From contig OZ336889.1 of the NCBI GenBank assembly GCA_965287045.1, positions 33,976,001 to 34,040,000 of the forward strand: a DNA stretch of 64,000 nt. The letters are read 5' to 3'. Shown here piece after piece: positions 11,502 through 23,600 of the stretch. Both the position numbers and the translations under genes were made by a program. The notes under the pieces were generated by a model that was given only the letters and a program-made list of their open reading frames with translations, did not search any database and was not told the DNA's origin. The stretch is from Carcharhinus amblyrhynchos. Its lineage: Eukaryota. Position 1 is the stretch's first letter. Each line of letters begins with the position of its first letter.

Positions 11502-11769
11502 AAATCCATGTTTATCGGAAATGTTGTTTGTCAGCTTCAGCTTGTGAAAAGTGACGACTTTGGACATCCACTGCTCACCAGTAGCGGGGCTATCAGGGTG
11601 AATATACATTCGCTTTGGCATTTCAGGGTCAGCTTTTCCGGCTACCATCCAGCGTGAGTTGTGGAATTTGTACCTACAGTCATCTGCCGCCACTATATCC
11701 ATTAACAAAATATATTTGGCCTTCTTATCCAGACCCGTGCATCTAACTTTAAATGGCGGGAACATTCTC
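11502..11769 (-). CDS. tbx3: TBX3 coding exon 2 (T-box)
   Basis: Acceptor TTTTCTTGCAG|G; encodes [53 protein letters not shown]...NNISDKHGF; donor TTT|GTAAGT; 268 nt. Confidence 0.97.
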
Positions 11770-12992
11770 CTGCAAGAAAACATTAAGTTGACTATATATG
11801 TATTTTTAGTGTGTACATTAAACTTGTCAGTAATGTAATCCTCGCGAAAGCCAAATTAGAGTTGGGTTTCTGGGCTTTTTTTTGACACTGAGGCTTTGAT
11901 TCACAGGTATCTACTATGTGAAATGTTTGATCCAATCCATTTCAGTGGCGCTCGGTTTTAGAAGTATTGTCAAAACAGCAACAGCGTTCTTTAAATGACT
12001 TGCCTTGAGTGTTTAAGGTTTACATACACAAAATCCAGCTGTTTATAAAAGATGCAGGGCCAAGTTAGAGAACCAGTCGGTTCCCTCCAGAGATATTTCA
12101 GCTTAAGTTTCAATGTTTCTGGAAAGAGTGATACAAACGCGACTAGCGACCCTATCCTAGGTATATGCGCGTTGGCTACCTGGGTAAGGCCGCGGCTCAC
12201 TCAACCTTTATGGTTTTGTAATCACCAATTGGTGCCATAAAAAAAACTGCGTGAGTTAAACTGTTCCCATCACAGGTGTCGTGAAAATAATCTGCCATAC
12301 GCTTGCCAGCTATCCCCCCCCACCCAACAACCCCCCCAATCCCACCGAGATGAATTGCAACACCCAGCAGTTCCAGACAACCCTTGAAACTAAGTACTGT
12401 GCGGAGCCTTAATCCTGCACATTATTTACAAACGCGTCTGCCGGTTCCCATCCTGGGATTGCTTGAAATTCAATGAATGGATGAATTAGAACTTCTGTAA
12501 AATATCATCCATCGGCATAGATCACATGTGACCTCCCCTACCCTAAGGAAGAAGCTAGTTAAATTAATTGCATTAGCATTTATTTTAAAAAGTTGCAATA
12601 CTTGATCCGAGCGTGTCCTACATTAGTTTAGCGATCCGAACTGTCCCCTCGCATCAACAGAGGTGCAGACTAAATGTTTTTTTTGTGGGGACCACTTCAA
12701 TAAATAAGTGACTGCATTTTTCGAGGCAAGTTATCTCCATAAAATGGATCACTCTACAGGAAGTGTTGGAAAAGCCCTTGACAGATTTAGGCTAATATAA
12801 ACTGGCCGCTTTTCTCAATTAAATCTATTTCGCCTGTTCAAATCCCACAACGCTCTAATTTGTATTATATATAAATATAACACACATATTGCTCGGCATC
12901 ATAACTATTCACGGCTGGATACTAAAATAACTGTAAAGATCTCGAATCGGTGATGTCGGCATTGCTCTCTTGGATGGGAAAGTGCGCTGTAC

Positions 12993-13384
12993 CTTCCAGA
13001 TTTGGTGATAACCATTTCAGTGCCACACTTGTGAAACTGATCCCACAAATCTTTCGCCTCCAGGATAACTTTCGGATCGTCTTCCACTTCTTCCTCGGGC
13101 TCCAGCGTCTTGAGAGGCCGCAGATGCGAGGACTGGTGGCCCATCGCCGACAGAGCGATCCCGGCCTCACCTGCGCCCACAAGCTGATCCATGAGGGGCT
13201 TGCCGAGTCCGCCCGAGAGGGTGAGGGCGGCCGGGCCGCTCGGAGGCAGCGCCAGGGCCGGGAAGAAAGGAGGCTGATGTCCCAGCACGGCGCTCATCGC
13301 AAAATCCGGTGCCCGGTGAGGTAAGAACGGATGGTAAGCCATACTTGTCCCCGGAATAACTGGCTCTCTCATCGGTAAATTCAT
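12993..13384 (-). CDS. tbx3: T-box transcription factor TBX3, coding exon 1
   Basis: [44 protein letters not shown]...[31 protein letters not shown] matches the TBX3 (not TBX2) N-terminus. 392 nt, donor AG|GTACAG, phase 2. Confidence 0.97.
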
Positions 13385-13606
13385 CCACTCCCCGGATTCT
13401 CTTGTCGTACTGTCTCGCTTACAAGCGCATCGTTATTACTATTATAATATTTTTTCTGTTGGTTGGGTGGGTGTGTGTGGGGGAGGTTGGAGGTTGGGGT
13501 AGTGGGGGGGGGGGGGTCTTCACATGAACTGAAAGTGAGACTGTTCAGCGGTGGCAGCAGAGCTCGGACGCATCTCCCCAAACAGTCAACTCGGAGCTTT
13601 CTCTCT

Positions 13607-13607
13607 A

Positions 13608-13631
<24 letters not shown>
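13607..13631. repeat. (GT)n microsatellite near the presumed TSS/5'UTR
   Basis: About 12 GT units, directly visible. Confidence 0.9.
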
Positions 13632-13638
<7 letters not shown>

Positions 13639-13649
13639 CGAATAGCTCT

Positions 13650-13715
13650 GCACTGTTGATTGGCTATTTGACGCTTTCGGACCAATTGTGTGGCTCCATA
13701 GGCGTGGTTTTGACA
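13650..13715 (-). promoter_or_regulatory. tbx3 proximal promoter: two CCAAT boxes plus a GC/KLF box
   Basis: ATTGG 13659-13663, CCAAT 13682-13686 and GGCGTGG 13701-13707, ~270-320 nt upstream of the ATG. The human TBX3 basal promoter is known to depend on NF-Y and Sp1 sites. Confidence 0.65.
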
Positions 13716-14319
13716 ACTAAAGCCGGGGATAGATGAGTTATAAAAAGAAGGTGTCGGAAACTGTAACGTACAGCGAGCATCACTACTTCAGCCGTGTGAA
13801 TATGTCAACATCATTAAAGGAAGGGGGGGGGGGGCGGATAGGACAGGAATGGGGGAAGTGTGTGTGTGTTGGGGGGGGACATATACACCAGCCAATGGAA
13901 AGGAGCAAGGGCCCGCCTCAGGTGCTTTCACCCACCATCGCCGAATTCAGGCAAGGGATCATCATGTGTCTATTCACACAGTGCAAAGCGGGACTTGCAG
14001 CTAGGCAGCCCCTTCTCGCCGTTATATGCAGTGCCCGAGTCATCTCGCCTCCCTTCACACTAATCCTTCAGATGCCCCAGCCTCCGATTAACATTGTTTT
14101 TATTCCTGCTGATTTTTTTTTTGAGGGGAGGGTGGTGCTGGGTGTCTTGTGTTGTCCCCTTGTCTTGTCTGCCCCCTCTCTCCTGCTGCAGATAAGAAAT
14201 CTCTACATTTTGTTTTTAATTCGGGGGAGCAAAGCCCTGAGATGTCCCAGCGTCTTAATTTTATTTGCTCCTCGTCGATGCTTTCAACAGCGTATAAAAA
14301 AATAGCGTCTCATTTAACG

Positions 14320-14660
14320 AGGTGATTTAATTATCAGGACATGGCGCCTTCTGGGCTGCTGCAGCCTAATGTAGGATACTTGCTTTCTCCCTTCTCTCTC
14401 CCTCTCTCTGTGAAAGCCCTGGGAAAAATAAAGTTGCAACTGAAAAGCATCACATCGGCTAAATGCGCGGAGATAGGAACGGAACATCTAAAGTGATTAG
14501 CTCTTGTAACATTGCATTTTTGACGCACATGTTTGAGGGCGTTTGGCGCCAGGCTGCTGACGTCGAGTTGCAACTCGCGTCTCGTATCACTTTTCGCTCC
14601 CCTTTTTTTTTCCCAAAAGGCAACAAAAAATATCGCCTCTCTTGATCTGTGAGTACATCC
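14320..14660. promoter_or_regulatory. Distal promoter-like CpG-rich block
   Basis: E2F-like TTTGGCGC 14542-14549, CRE-like TGACGTC 14558-14564, YY1-like ACATGGCG ~14339, perfect palindrome CGAGTTGCAACTCG 14564-14577. Confidence 0.45.
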
Positions 14661-17600
14661 TGGCGAAAAAAAAACTCACTCTGGGCACCGCCAATCTCCG
14701 CTGTTGCAGCTTGCGAACTGCCGACATTTCATTTCGTTCTCCCTCTGTGTCTCTGTCTCTCTGCTGTGTTGTGTGTCCTTGACCTCCCTCCCCCATCCCT
14801 TCACCCCCGCCCCCTCCCCTCTTTAAGCCGCGGATGCCAAAAGCACGGCGCTTTCCTGATCTATGGAGAGTTGGAAGTCAAAAGGCGAGTCCCCCTATAT
14901 ATGTACATTTATTTTGTGTGTGGCGTCTGGACAAAGGGAGATCCCATTCAGATGTGTGTTTTAAATAACAACTATCGTTTTAAACGTTGCTTATACGTGT
15001 ATTTTTTTTCTCTGCCGAAAGTGAAGAAAATGACTGGATATAGTCTTTTTTATATAAAATAATGATCGCATTCTATGGCATTGCGTTTGAGCATTATATA
15101 TTTAGGAATTATGCGTTATAATGTAACGTTTTGAAAGGTTGCACTAACTTCCGCCAATTATGAGTGACCTCCCAGGCTAAGCACCCTAGAGACTTGTATT
15201 ATGAAGGGAGGGTGCACTAATCTAGGATCAAAAGCAGGAAGGTGCGAACTCTCTTTGTCTCTCCGCGCCCGACTCATTCACCCTCCTGTGTGTGATAAAT
15301 CTACACTGGCGCCAACTACGTATAGGATGATTAATTTGCAAGCAAACAAAAGGGAATTGATGGCTAGCCATCTTAGTTAAACATTCGCCAATACCGCAAG
15401 CTACTTGTTAGCCGTCAGAGCTTTAAAACCCAGTAAGTGCACTGATGTGAAAATTAAAATGGCTTTGAAAGCATTTACGCCAGCACCGAGTTGCTCTGTA
15501 GTGCCTCTGCAACCAGACACCTCACTTCATTAGCCATAAGCAGACAGAGCTATATAGCCCCGAAATGATACAGAGGTTTGTTGATTACTGTTTATCTGAA
15601 AGAGGCGGGCTCGTTTACATTGGCAAGTTTCGTGTAAATATTCTCCTAGCATGTGTGAGGTCCAGCTAGTGCCCATTACATGCTTATTCCTTCCTCAATG
15701 TTCAGCCACATTCGCGAGCCATTTCCAATTTAACCGAAGGTGGTGATTCAATATTGGTCTGCGTTTATATTGTGGTACCTATTTTACTCCGATGGCGACC
15801 AGCCGTAATGAAGTAACTTCTGCGTTTAATCATTTATCAATACATAGGTGATATAATGCTCTAATATGTGGATAATTCAAATATTAAAATATCAATTGAT
15901 TCACCCACATGAAATAACTCAGTTGAGACATCCTAGTGCGTATTGTAAAGTTAGACTGGTGATCTGTATAACAGATGGATAGGTCTAATCAACTTGTATC
16001 TCTGCGCCCTATAGTCAAGTATACCGGTACAAGGCAGTCAAACTATATAAGCAAAACACATGTTTATATTACCTTGTGGCAACTGTCATAATCATTTATT
16101 GTGGATGTTTCCTCTCCGTTTACTATTTGTAATGGCTACATTTTTAAAGGAACGTAGTTCCTTCTGGCAAATAAGGGCAATGACTATAGCTGTTAGCACT
16201 TCGTAGCTTGCTATCCGAGGAAGTTGGAGGGAACGGATAGAAGCTAGCAGCTCATTGCAACTCGGATTTGACCTTCATATTTGAATATCTTTATTGTTTC
16301 CTCCACTTCCAATCCCACCTCACTTTCTGCCTTGAGTCCATTCGCCTCCTTGTCTTTTTTCACACATTTGCTGCCCTTTTAACTATCCCACGCCCTTCAA
16401 TATGATTTCTCCTCCCCTTATCAAAATAGTTCTCTTCAATGTCCTTCTGACCGCATCTTTCCTTCAAAACATTCCATAGTTTTTTTAGTGGTCTTTTTCT
16501 TTTAGCTAATATATACCACAATGATTCCTGCTCTGTGGGAGTAAATATAATGCTGAGATAAAGTTCACGAACTTCAGTTCGAACTTCAGTAAGTTGTGTC
16601 CTGCTCGGGTTCGTAATAAAATAAAAGAGACAAACAAAACTTGTGATCTCTGCGCCGTTTCTTTGACAGGTACTTCCAATTATTCGTCAAACATATCAGT
16701 GACATGGGACGAATTTTGTGCGGGCAGCACAAAAGTTGTCTCCTTCCAGACTGCCCAATTTTTAGGCTATAGACCGACATTGGCGCCAGCAGGTTTATAC
16801 TGCTCACACAGACCGTCGCACGTTACATGTGATCGCCCGTTTGTCAACTTTCATTTAGAAGCATGTTCCTGGCAAAATAGCTAAGTAACCCTCGGATAAT
16901 GACCAACTTCCAGTTATCCGAGGCTAACAGCCCTAATTACATTTTTTAAACCAAATAATGATTTGGACTTTGCGATGAGATGTCAGTCGAAAACCTTTCT
17001 TTTTTTTGGGGGGGGGGGGGGGTTGAAAATTAAACTAATTGGAGTTTCCCTGGGCAACTTCTTCTAGGTAGCTAACTACTGTATCAATGCTCTCTTTGTG
17101 TGTTTTTTTTTTCGCTACAGAAATGCTTGTACAGAGCTGATACATTAACAACTGCCGGCAACATTATTTGTGATGCGCTTCTTGCAGATCGAATGTGACA
17201 AGCCTACCTACCACATGAAACTGTAAGGTGTCTTTTTTAAAAATTTCGCCATCATATCGTGTTCTATAGTTATACCAGCCAGTTTGGGCTGAAGTTCTCA
17301 GATTGTTCTTTCCAGGTAAGTGGCAGGGATATTGTGACCCATTATTAGGATAATTTCCAGAATGTATAGTGTGATATGATGGAGAGAATTAAATAAGCCG
17401 GCGCGATGCACATTTTGCGAGGGAATTAATACCTATTTGCATTGATGCGAAGCCAAAGTACACGTGGCTTTGCAGACATTTGGTCTTCTCGAACTGACAG
17501 CAATTATTGGTGACTTTTTTTAAAAAAAACTGAGCAAATTTTAAACAGATGTGATGTAAGTTTTAAACAATCAATGAATGTCTTCGTCGACGGGGCTGTT

Positions 17601-20600
17601 GAGAGACATTTTTAACAGAAGGGCCTAGTGAGTATAACAAGAGTGACTGATGTTTGCTCCAGATTTTCTACAAGTGCGTGAGTGTTTTTTAACTAGCTGA
17701 TTTGATATTACATAAGTAATGAGCGAGCCTAATGCTTGGTGAGGTGCAATTACAGCTTTGCTCTCTGGTTTTCCATTCCATTCCACCGTGCACAGTTTAC
17801 TGACGATCATAGTTTTGCCAAGTTCCTTAAGGATTTTTCCCTGAATCTGACCCGTCGCTGACAATCTGCAGCACTTCCATGTAGCTTCTCTCAGAAGCCT
17901 CTGCAGTTACACTTTGCCATGAATGAAATATTGAGGTCCCCGTGACAGGTCTGTAAATGCAAATAACTGATTGACTTTGCAAAGCCTACAGACCCCCACC
18001 TCCGCCGCGTCCCCCCCCCCACCCCTTCTCCACCCCGCACCAGTACGCACTATCAGTATTGCTATTTCTTAATCAGTTTTAACCTCAGACACTTTGGTCC
18101 CCTTTTCGGGGTATACCGGGCGACCCCCATTATGAAGTTGATGGTATTGCTGATAACAAAAAGGCACCATTGGAGGGGATTTATTAACGGCGTGTCTACT
18201 CTGAAATCCATAATCGATTCCCCCTGAAGGCACAGGAAAGAAAGTTTAAAAGTTTGTGTGAAGGCATCAACCGTTGCTCTTCCACATTAACCCAAATTTG
18301 TGGTATAATTCTACTATAGAAGCAGAATGCATATTTTATAAATGGATCAGCCAGTGCTTCCCCGCCTGTGATAATTAATTCTCAATGAATTAAACTCTGT
18401 TTTGTTCTAACATACTCAGTAAAGGTCACAACATCATGAAAACTTCTATGAATCTCAAATTGGACAGTGATATGTAAGATATTCTCCAGAAGTTTTGCAG
18501 AGGGAATGGCTTAAACTTGGCTGACTATTCCTAATGATTTCAAGATGAATGTTCTTCACCATTGATATTGTTCAGTGTTGAGACAAAAGGTGCATGTTCA
18601 TGGTTTAAAAAAAAACATGTTATCACTTGTGTTCCTCCCAACAAACATTTTCTGCACGTACACTGTACTAAAGTGACATTTATTTTGGAAATGTATAGAC
18701 TTGGTAGCATAGCAGAGTTGAAACTAAATTTACTTTAGGTTCATGTAGATGTTTCTAAGACAGCTTTGCAATCTTATTTGATTGGATGGTCCAGCAAGAT
18801 TGAAATGGTCTATCTATCTTTCAAAGTTGTGTCTATTCATCTGTCTTATTTTTTTATTGTTGACATGTAGATATGTTCTTTTCATGATTCCTGCTGTCCC
18901 AGCACATTATTGTTTAAAACGTTGTCGTAGCAATGGATTATTGAAATGCCCACTGGGGTGGAAGCAGTTGGCATTGCCCTATTAATTGATGGGCAACAGT
19001 AAAGCCAACAAACCATGTCACACTCAGGTCTACTTCTTTAAAACAACTTGCCACCTTCCAGCACAATACTCTACATTGCATCAAAATAATAATGCTGATG
19101 TGTTTAAGAAAGTACATGCCCATTCACCCATTAGGAAACACAGCATGCACTAAGTGGTACATTTCAGAAATGTTTATTTATTAAATTGATCCAGAATAGT
19201 TCATTATAATAACATAGAAAATAATACATTTACTATCTGGAAGATAAAAAACAAATATTTGAATTATATCCAGGACAATATTTTCTCATTTGTGTTGGCC
19301 AGAACTTAAATGTTTAAACATTCAATATTTTGCCTCTGTGATTCAAATCCAAAAGGAAATTTAATGATGCTCCAACATGAATGTGTGGTTAATTCTTTTT
19401 TTAAAAGTTGACCCAATATTTAAGTTTGAAAGTTATTACCTACAGATTATAGTGGCATTAAGTAATAGATAGTGTATTGTGCTATTACACTTTATGCATT
19501 AATAAATCTATACTTATAAGTATGCAAAATGACAACTTTTCAGAATACCCCTAAAATATAAAATGTAGCTTTATTTGTTATGCAGCTTTTGATGTCCATA
19601 TTACTTTGGGTTTAATAAATACGTTTACCTTGGAACAAAACACTTGATAACTCATCATTGGCCTGATGGAGTGAGATTATTGTTTTAATCCGGTAGCAGG
19701 GATTTGTTATTAGAATTGCATGTCTGTAATATTTGGGGGGGGGGGGGGCGGAGGGTCACAAAAAATGGCCTGAGGTGTACACCGGGATTAACTGTTTAGA
19801 CAACTGATGTAAATTTTTATGTGATTCTGATAGACACATGTCTTGTCTCGGCCCATTTTACCGACGATCAGAAAGCTTCAATGCATAACCTGTACCAATG
19901 CAGAAATTGATAGTAAGGATTAAAAGTGCTTTTCAGAAATCACTGAAGAACCAAAGGCCATGTAGTAAAATTCATATCTGATCGTTTAACTTTCGACACT
20001 CCCGTCTTTGTTCGTGTAATAGGCACTGACGTTCAAAACATGTTGCACATCTCGCACCGAGCGAGAGTACAGTGCATCATAATATTGCCCGTTGTTGACT
20101 GATATGCTGTTTGTCAGTTACCACAAATTGAAGTGAATTATACTCTTAACATGGTTTGTAGTCTACCCTGCAGAGTAGCCCAGAATAATATGAAAGGTGG
20201 ATCATAAATAAGGTGGTAACGCAGGTGCTGTCGAAAACATTAAAGTAAACGAACAAGAATAATATAAATTAACCCCCAGAAAAAGAAGATCTGGATGTTT
20301 ACACAGTAAGTAAGCATTCAGACGCTTCACACACACAGGCAAAGGTAACCTTTATTCACCTTTAGTGACCATTAACTACTGATACCCAGAACAAATTAGC
20401 TCGCGTGCCGAACATACAAATGCCTTTTTTTCCTCTTTAAGGGTTACCAACTCTAACGTGATCCATAGAAACATGTGTTATTGGTAGTGCTTTATTTTCA
20501 TGGTAATGTTTAACGTGTTAAGGATGCAGTTACAAGCGACCCAACTGCTATCAAAGGCAGGTAGTGTTGTGAGGAACAGGGTTGTGTCATGATTATATTT

Positions 20601-23600
20601 GAAGGGGTTTTTCTGGAATAGCCCCTTTAAATGTTTGCAAACCCCATTTCCATCATAAAAGAATTGACGAAAATTCTCACTTTGTTTCCGTTTGAGTCAT
20701 GGGTCTCCAGTAACCGTCCCTTGCATTCACTGCTCTGCGCAAATTGTGTAAAGCAAACAGATTGGTGCCTGCCACATCGTGTGTAGCAGGGCCTGTTGTT
20801 AGAATTTATTAAAGACAGATGATTCTCTTGCTTTTTTTAAAACATACGGAAAAGATTTACAATTCACTTAATTGCAATGTACTTAGGCCCATCATCACTC
20901 CGCAGGTGTAAATATCGGTCGTTTGGATGTGTGACACGTATAACAGAATTCTTCATCATTGTAACAAGGACGGGTATTTACTAAAAAGCAGCTCAACCGG
21001 ATGGGCTTGTGTTAGTTGTAGACAGAACATACAAAAAAAATGCAAACGTCACACTGGAGAAATACTTAAAAGCATTCGCTACTTGATGTCGAAAGAAATT
21101 GAAATGTCAACGGTAAGTTTTATAACGATGTCTTTCAAATACTTGTGCAGATGTAAATATTATAAATAATGGTAATCGTTCGTCATGTAGAAGATAATGA
21201 GGAAGCAATAGTAAACTGGCTGGGATACGTTGAGTAAAAACTAAAAGCCTTGTGCTTTAGCTCTGCTGTTCAAGATATACATATCTCTTGTAACAGCGCC
21301 AAAAACGTCCTGTGGTACCTCTTTAGCCACCGTAGGCCAAATTGCTCCCCCGAGATATAGCAGCCGTCTATCGCTTGATGGCGCTGTCTTTGGGTTCCCT
21401 GCTTACTCAAACCAAGATTTGACAGGGTAGGGGCAAACGTACCACTTCTATAGTTCTCTATTGCTGTGCGAGTAGGGGTGGGGATGTTAATCAGCGCAAA
21501 GCTGTACAATATTCAATTGTGAAATATTATAGCCGTGTTAGTTAAAAATATCAATGTGCCATACGCACCCGATAATATAAATCAGCCGCTTACTGTCTTG
21601 CCAGGACTCCTTGGCTCAAACTTGCTGCACCTTCTGCGGGTCACAGCTTCACGTCAGAGTCCTTTTAACGTTTTTAAAAAAAGTTCATCCGAAGTTCAGT
21701 TTCTCTGTTGTAGGTTCGCCCTTTTGGCAGTGTTACTATAATTTCCATGGGGCTATTTAGTTGCCCCGATGATATATGAACGTCATTCAAACTGATTAAT
21801 ACATTTTTTTCAAAGATTTCAATTGAAATCTTAAAGATAGAGGCCGGCAGTCCCAATACCTTAAATTATAACGTTTGACGAAACCCTGCATGGGGTTTAA
21901 TTTTTAGACACTTTGGAATACTGTCCGCCGGCACTTTCAAAGGATATAAGCAGGAGTTGGATTGAGGTTGTCTCCATTTGTTAGAGCGTTGGTCGATTAT
22001 TCGGTCCTGGCATGTTTTGTTTTATTAATTGTTAGTTCTCTTCTTTCTGGATAACTAACAGAACTCATGGACTGACCTGCTTAATGGTATTTTCACCAGG
22101 TTAACGTCAATCAATTCAAAGGTCAGACGGTTCGAAACTGCAGTCGATGCAGTCAGTAAAATCGATTTTATAATGTTACACCTCAGCTTGGCCAATTAAA
22201 AAAGGAAAGAAAGACTAAATTTACTCTCTTGCAGCGGCTGCAACATTGCTATTACTTTTAAAACGTATTTTCTGCCTCATTATGCAGTCTGAAATAATCT
22301 TTTGATACAAACTCTGCAGTTGTCTCCCCATGCTACTTACAGTGAAGGCGAGTCCGCGCTCAGTCTTAATTAGAGCGCTACACGTTATTCAAAGCAATGC
22401 TGGCTTCAAAGTGTGTCCGACTGTACATTTATGCTAATTAACCCTATTAGCATGTTGTGCTCATAAGGCATTTCCAGCATAAGTTATATTTCATATTTGC
22501 CCGATCGTATCTAAATTATCCACGCGTTAATTAGGTTTTTTTTCAAATGAGGGTTGCTTTGCCTAGACCGGATAATATCCGGTCGCTGGGCTTACTCGAC
22601 AGCACTGTATTTTGAACCGCCCTCCAAACAGCAACGACACACACCGCTTTAAACTCTGTGCCCCAGACGCGAATCCTATTATCAACGCTTCAAGTTAAAG
22701 ACCGGGGCGGTAAAAAAAAATCTCTGCGACCTTTTGCACGAAGAAGAAATGCCTTAATAAGATCAATATAGGGAGACAGACAAAATCTTAACAAAGCTTC
22801 ACTGGAAGTCTAACGACCTCTGACATACATTGCAAATTAATTGGAGACTGTATGAGAGAAGGTGGGATTCCAGTTAATTAGTTGAAAATGAATAAAATTG
22901 AACATTATATGATTTGTCTCCGAGTACCGCTTTGTTAGTGCGGATTTAGAGATCAGCTTTTGTACGGAACAAATTGGATGTGAGTAGCGTGGTGCACTGT
23001 TACACTGTCGTTTTGTGCTCTGGCGACAGCTCAATCCTGGGAAAAGGTAAAGGGATCTGGACGATCGCAGCCCTCATTATCTCAGTCTGAGCACATCTTT
23101 GGGAACAATTCACAATCAACGTGGGCACTCAGTACTTGGCTTCGTTCTCTTACGGCACAAAGTGCATGTTTTATATATGTATATATATATCTCTTTTTCT
23201 AAAACAAAACTTTATTGCATATAACATCTTATTCTTTTGAAAAGCCTGCTCGGATGTAAAACTTCAAAGGGAATTTTCAATTATATTTCTGTAGTGGTCT
23301 TGTTACAAATTTAGGGACTTACTTCCCTTATAAATGTGAAGTGTTTATCTCCAAGCCGTAATTAGACCCTTCTTGGCACTGCAAATGCTGGCGATTCTTC
23401 GCAGTTACAGCAGGCAACACTGGCTGGGGGGAAACGCGAGGTTCAGAGAAGTTTCAGTTAAGCAACACACGTGATAGAGCTAGTTCCAGTTGCACTCCAG
23501 CGTTGTGAGGTTGTGTGTGTTTGATGGTGGTGAGGCGGGGAGTTGCGGGTTGCGGGGGGGGGGGGGGGGGGCGGGGGAGGCGGGTGATGTAGTAGCAGGC

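Noticed and set aside
13733-14305. 190-aa + strand ORF divergent from tbx3
   Set aside because: Runs through G-runs, GT repeats and T-runs of the promoter region; no recognisable domain.
21361-21386. Additional CTCF-like motif TCGCTTGATGGCGCT
   Set aside because: Mismatches at key 5' core positions; too weak to call without scoring.
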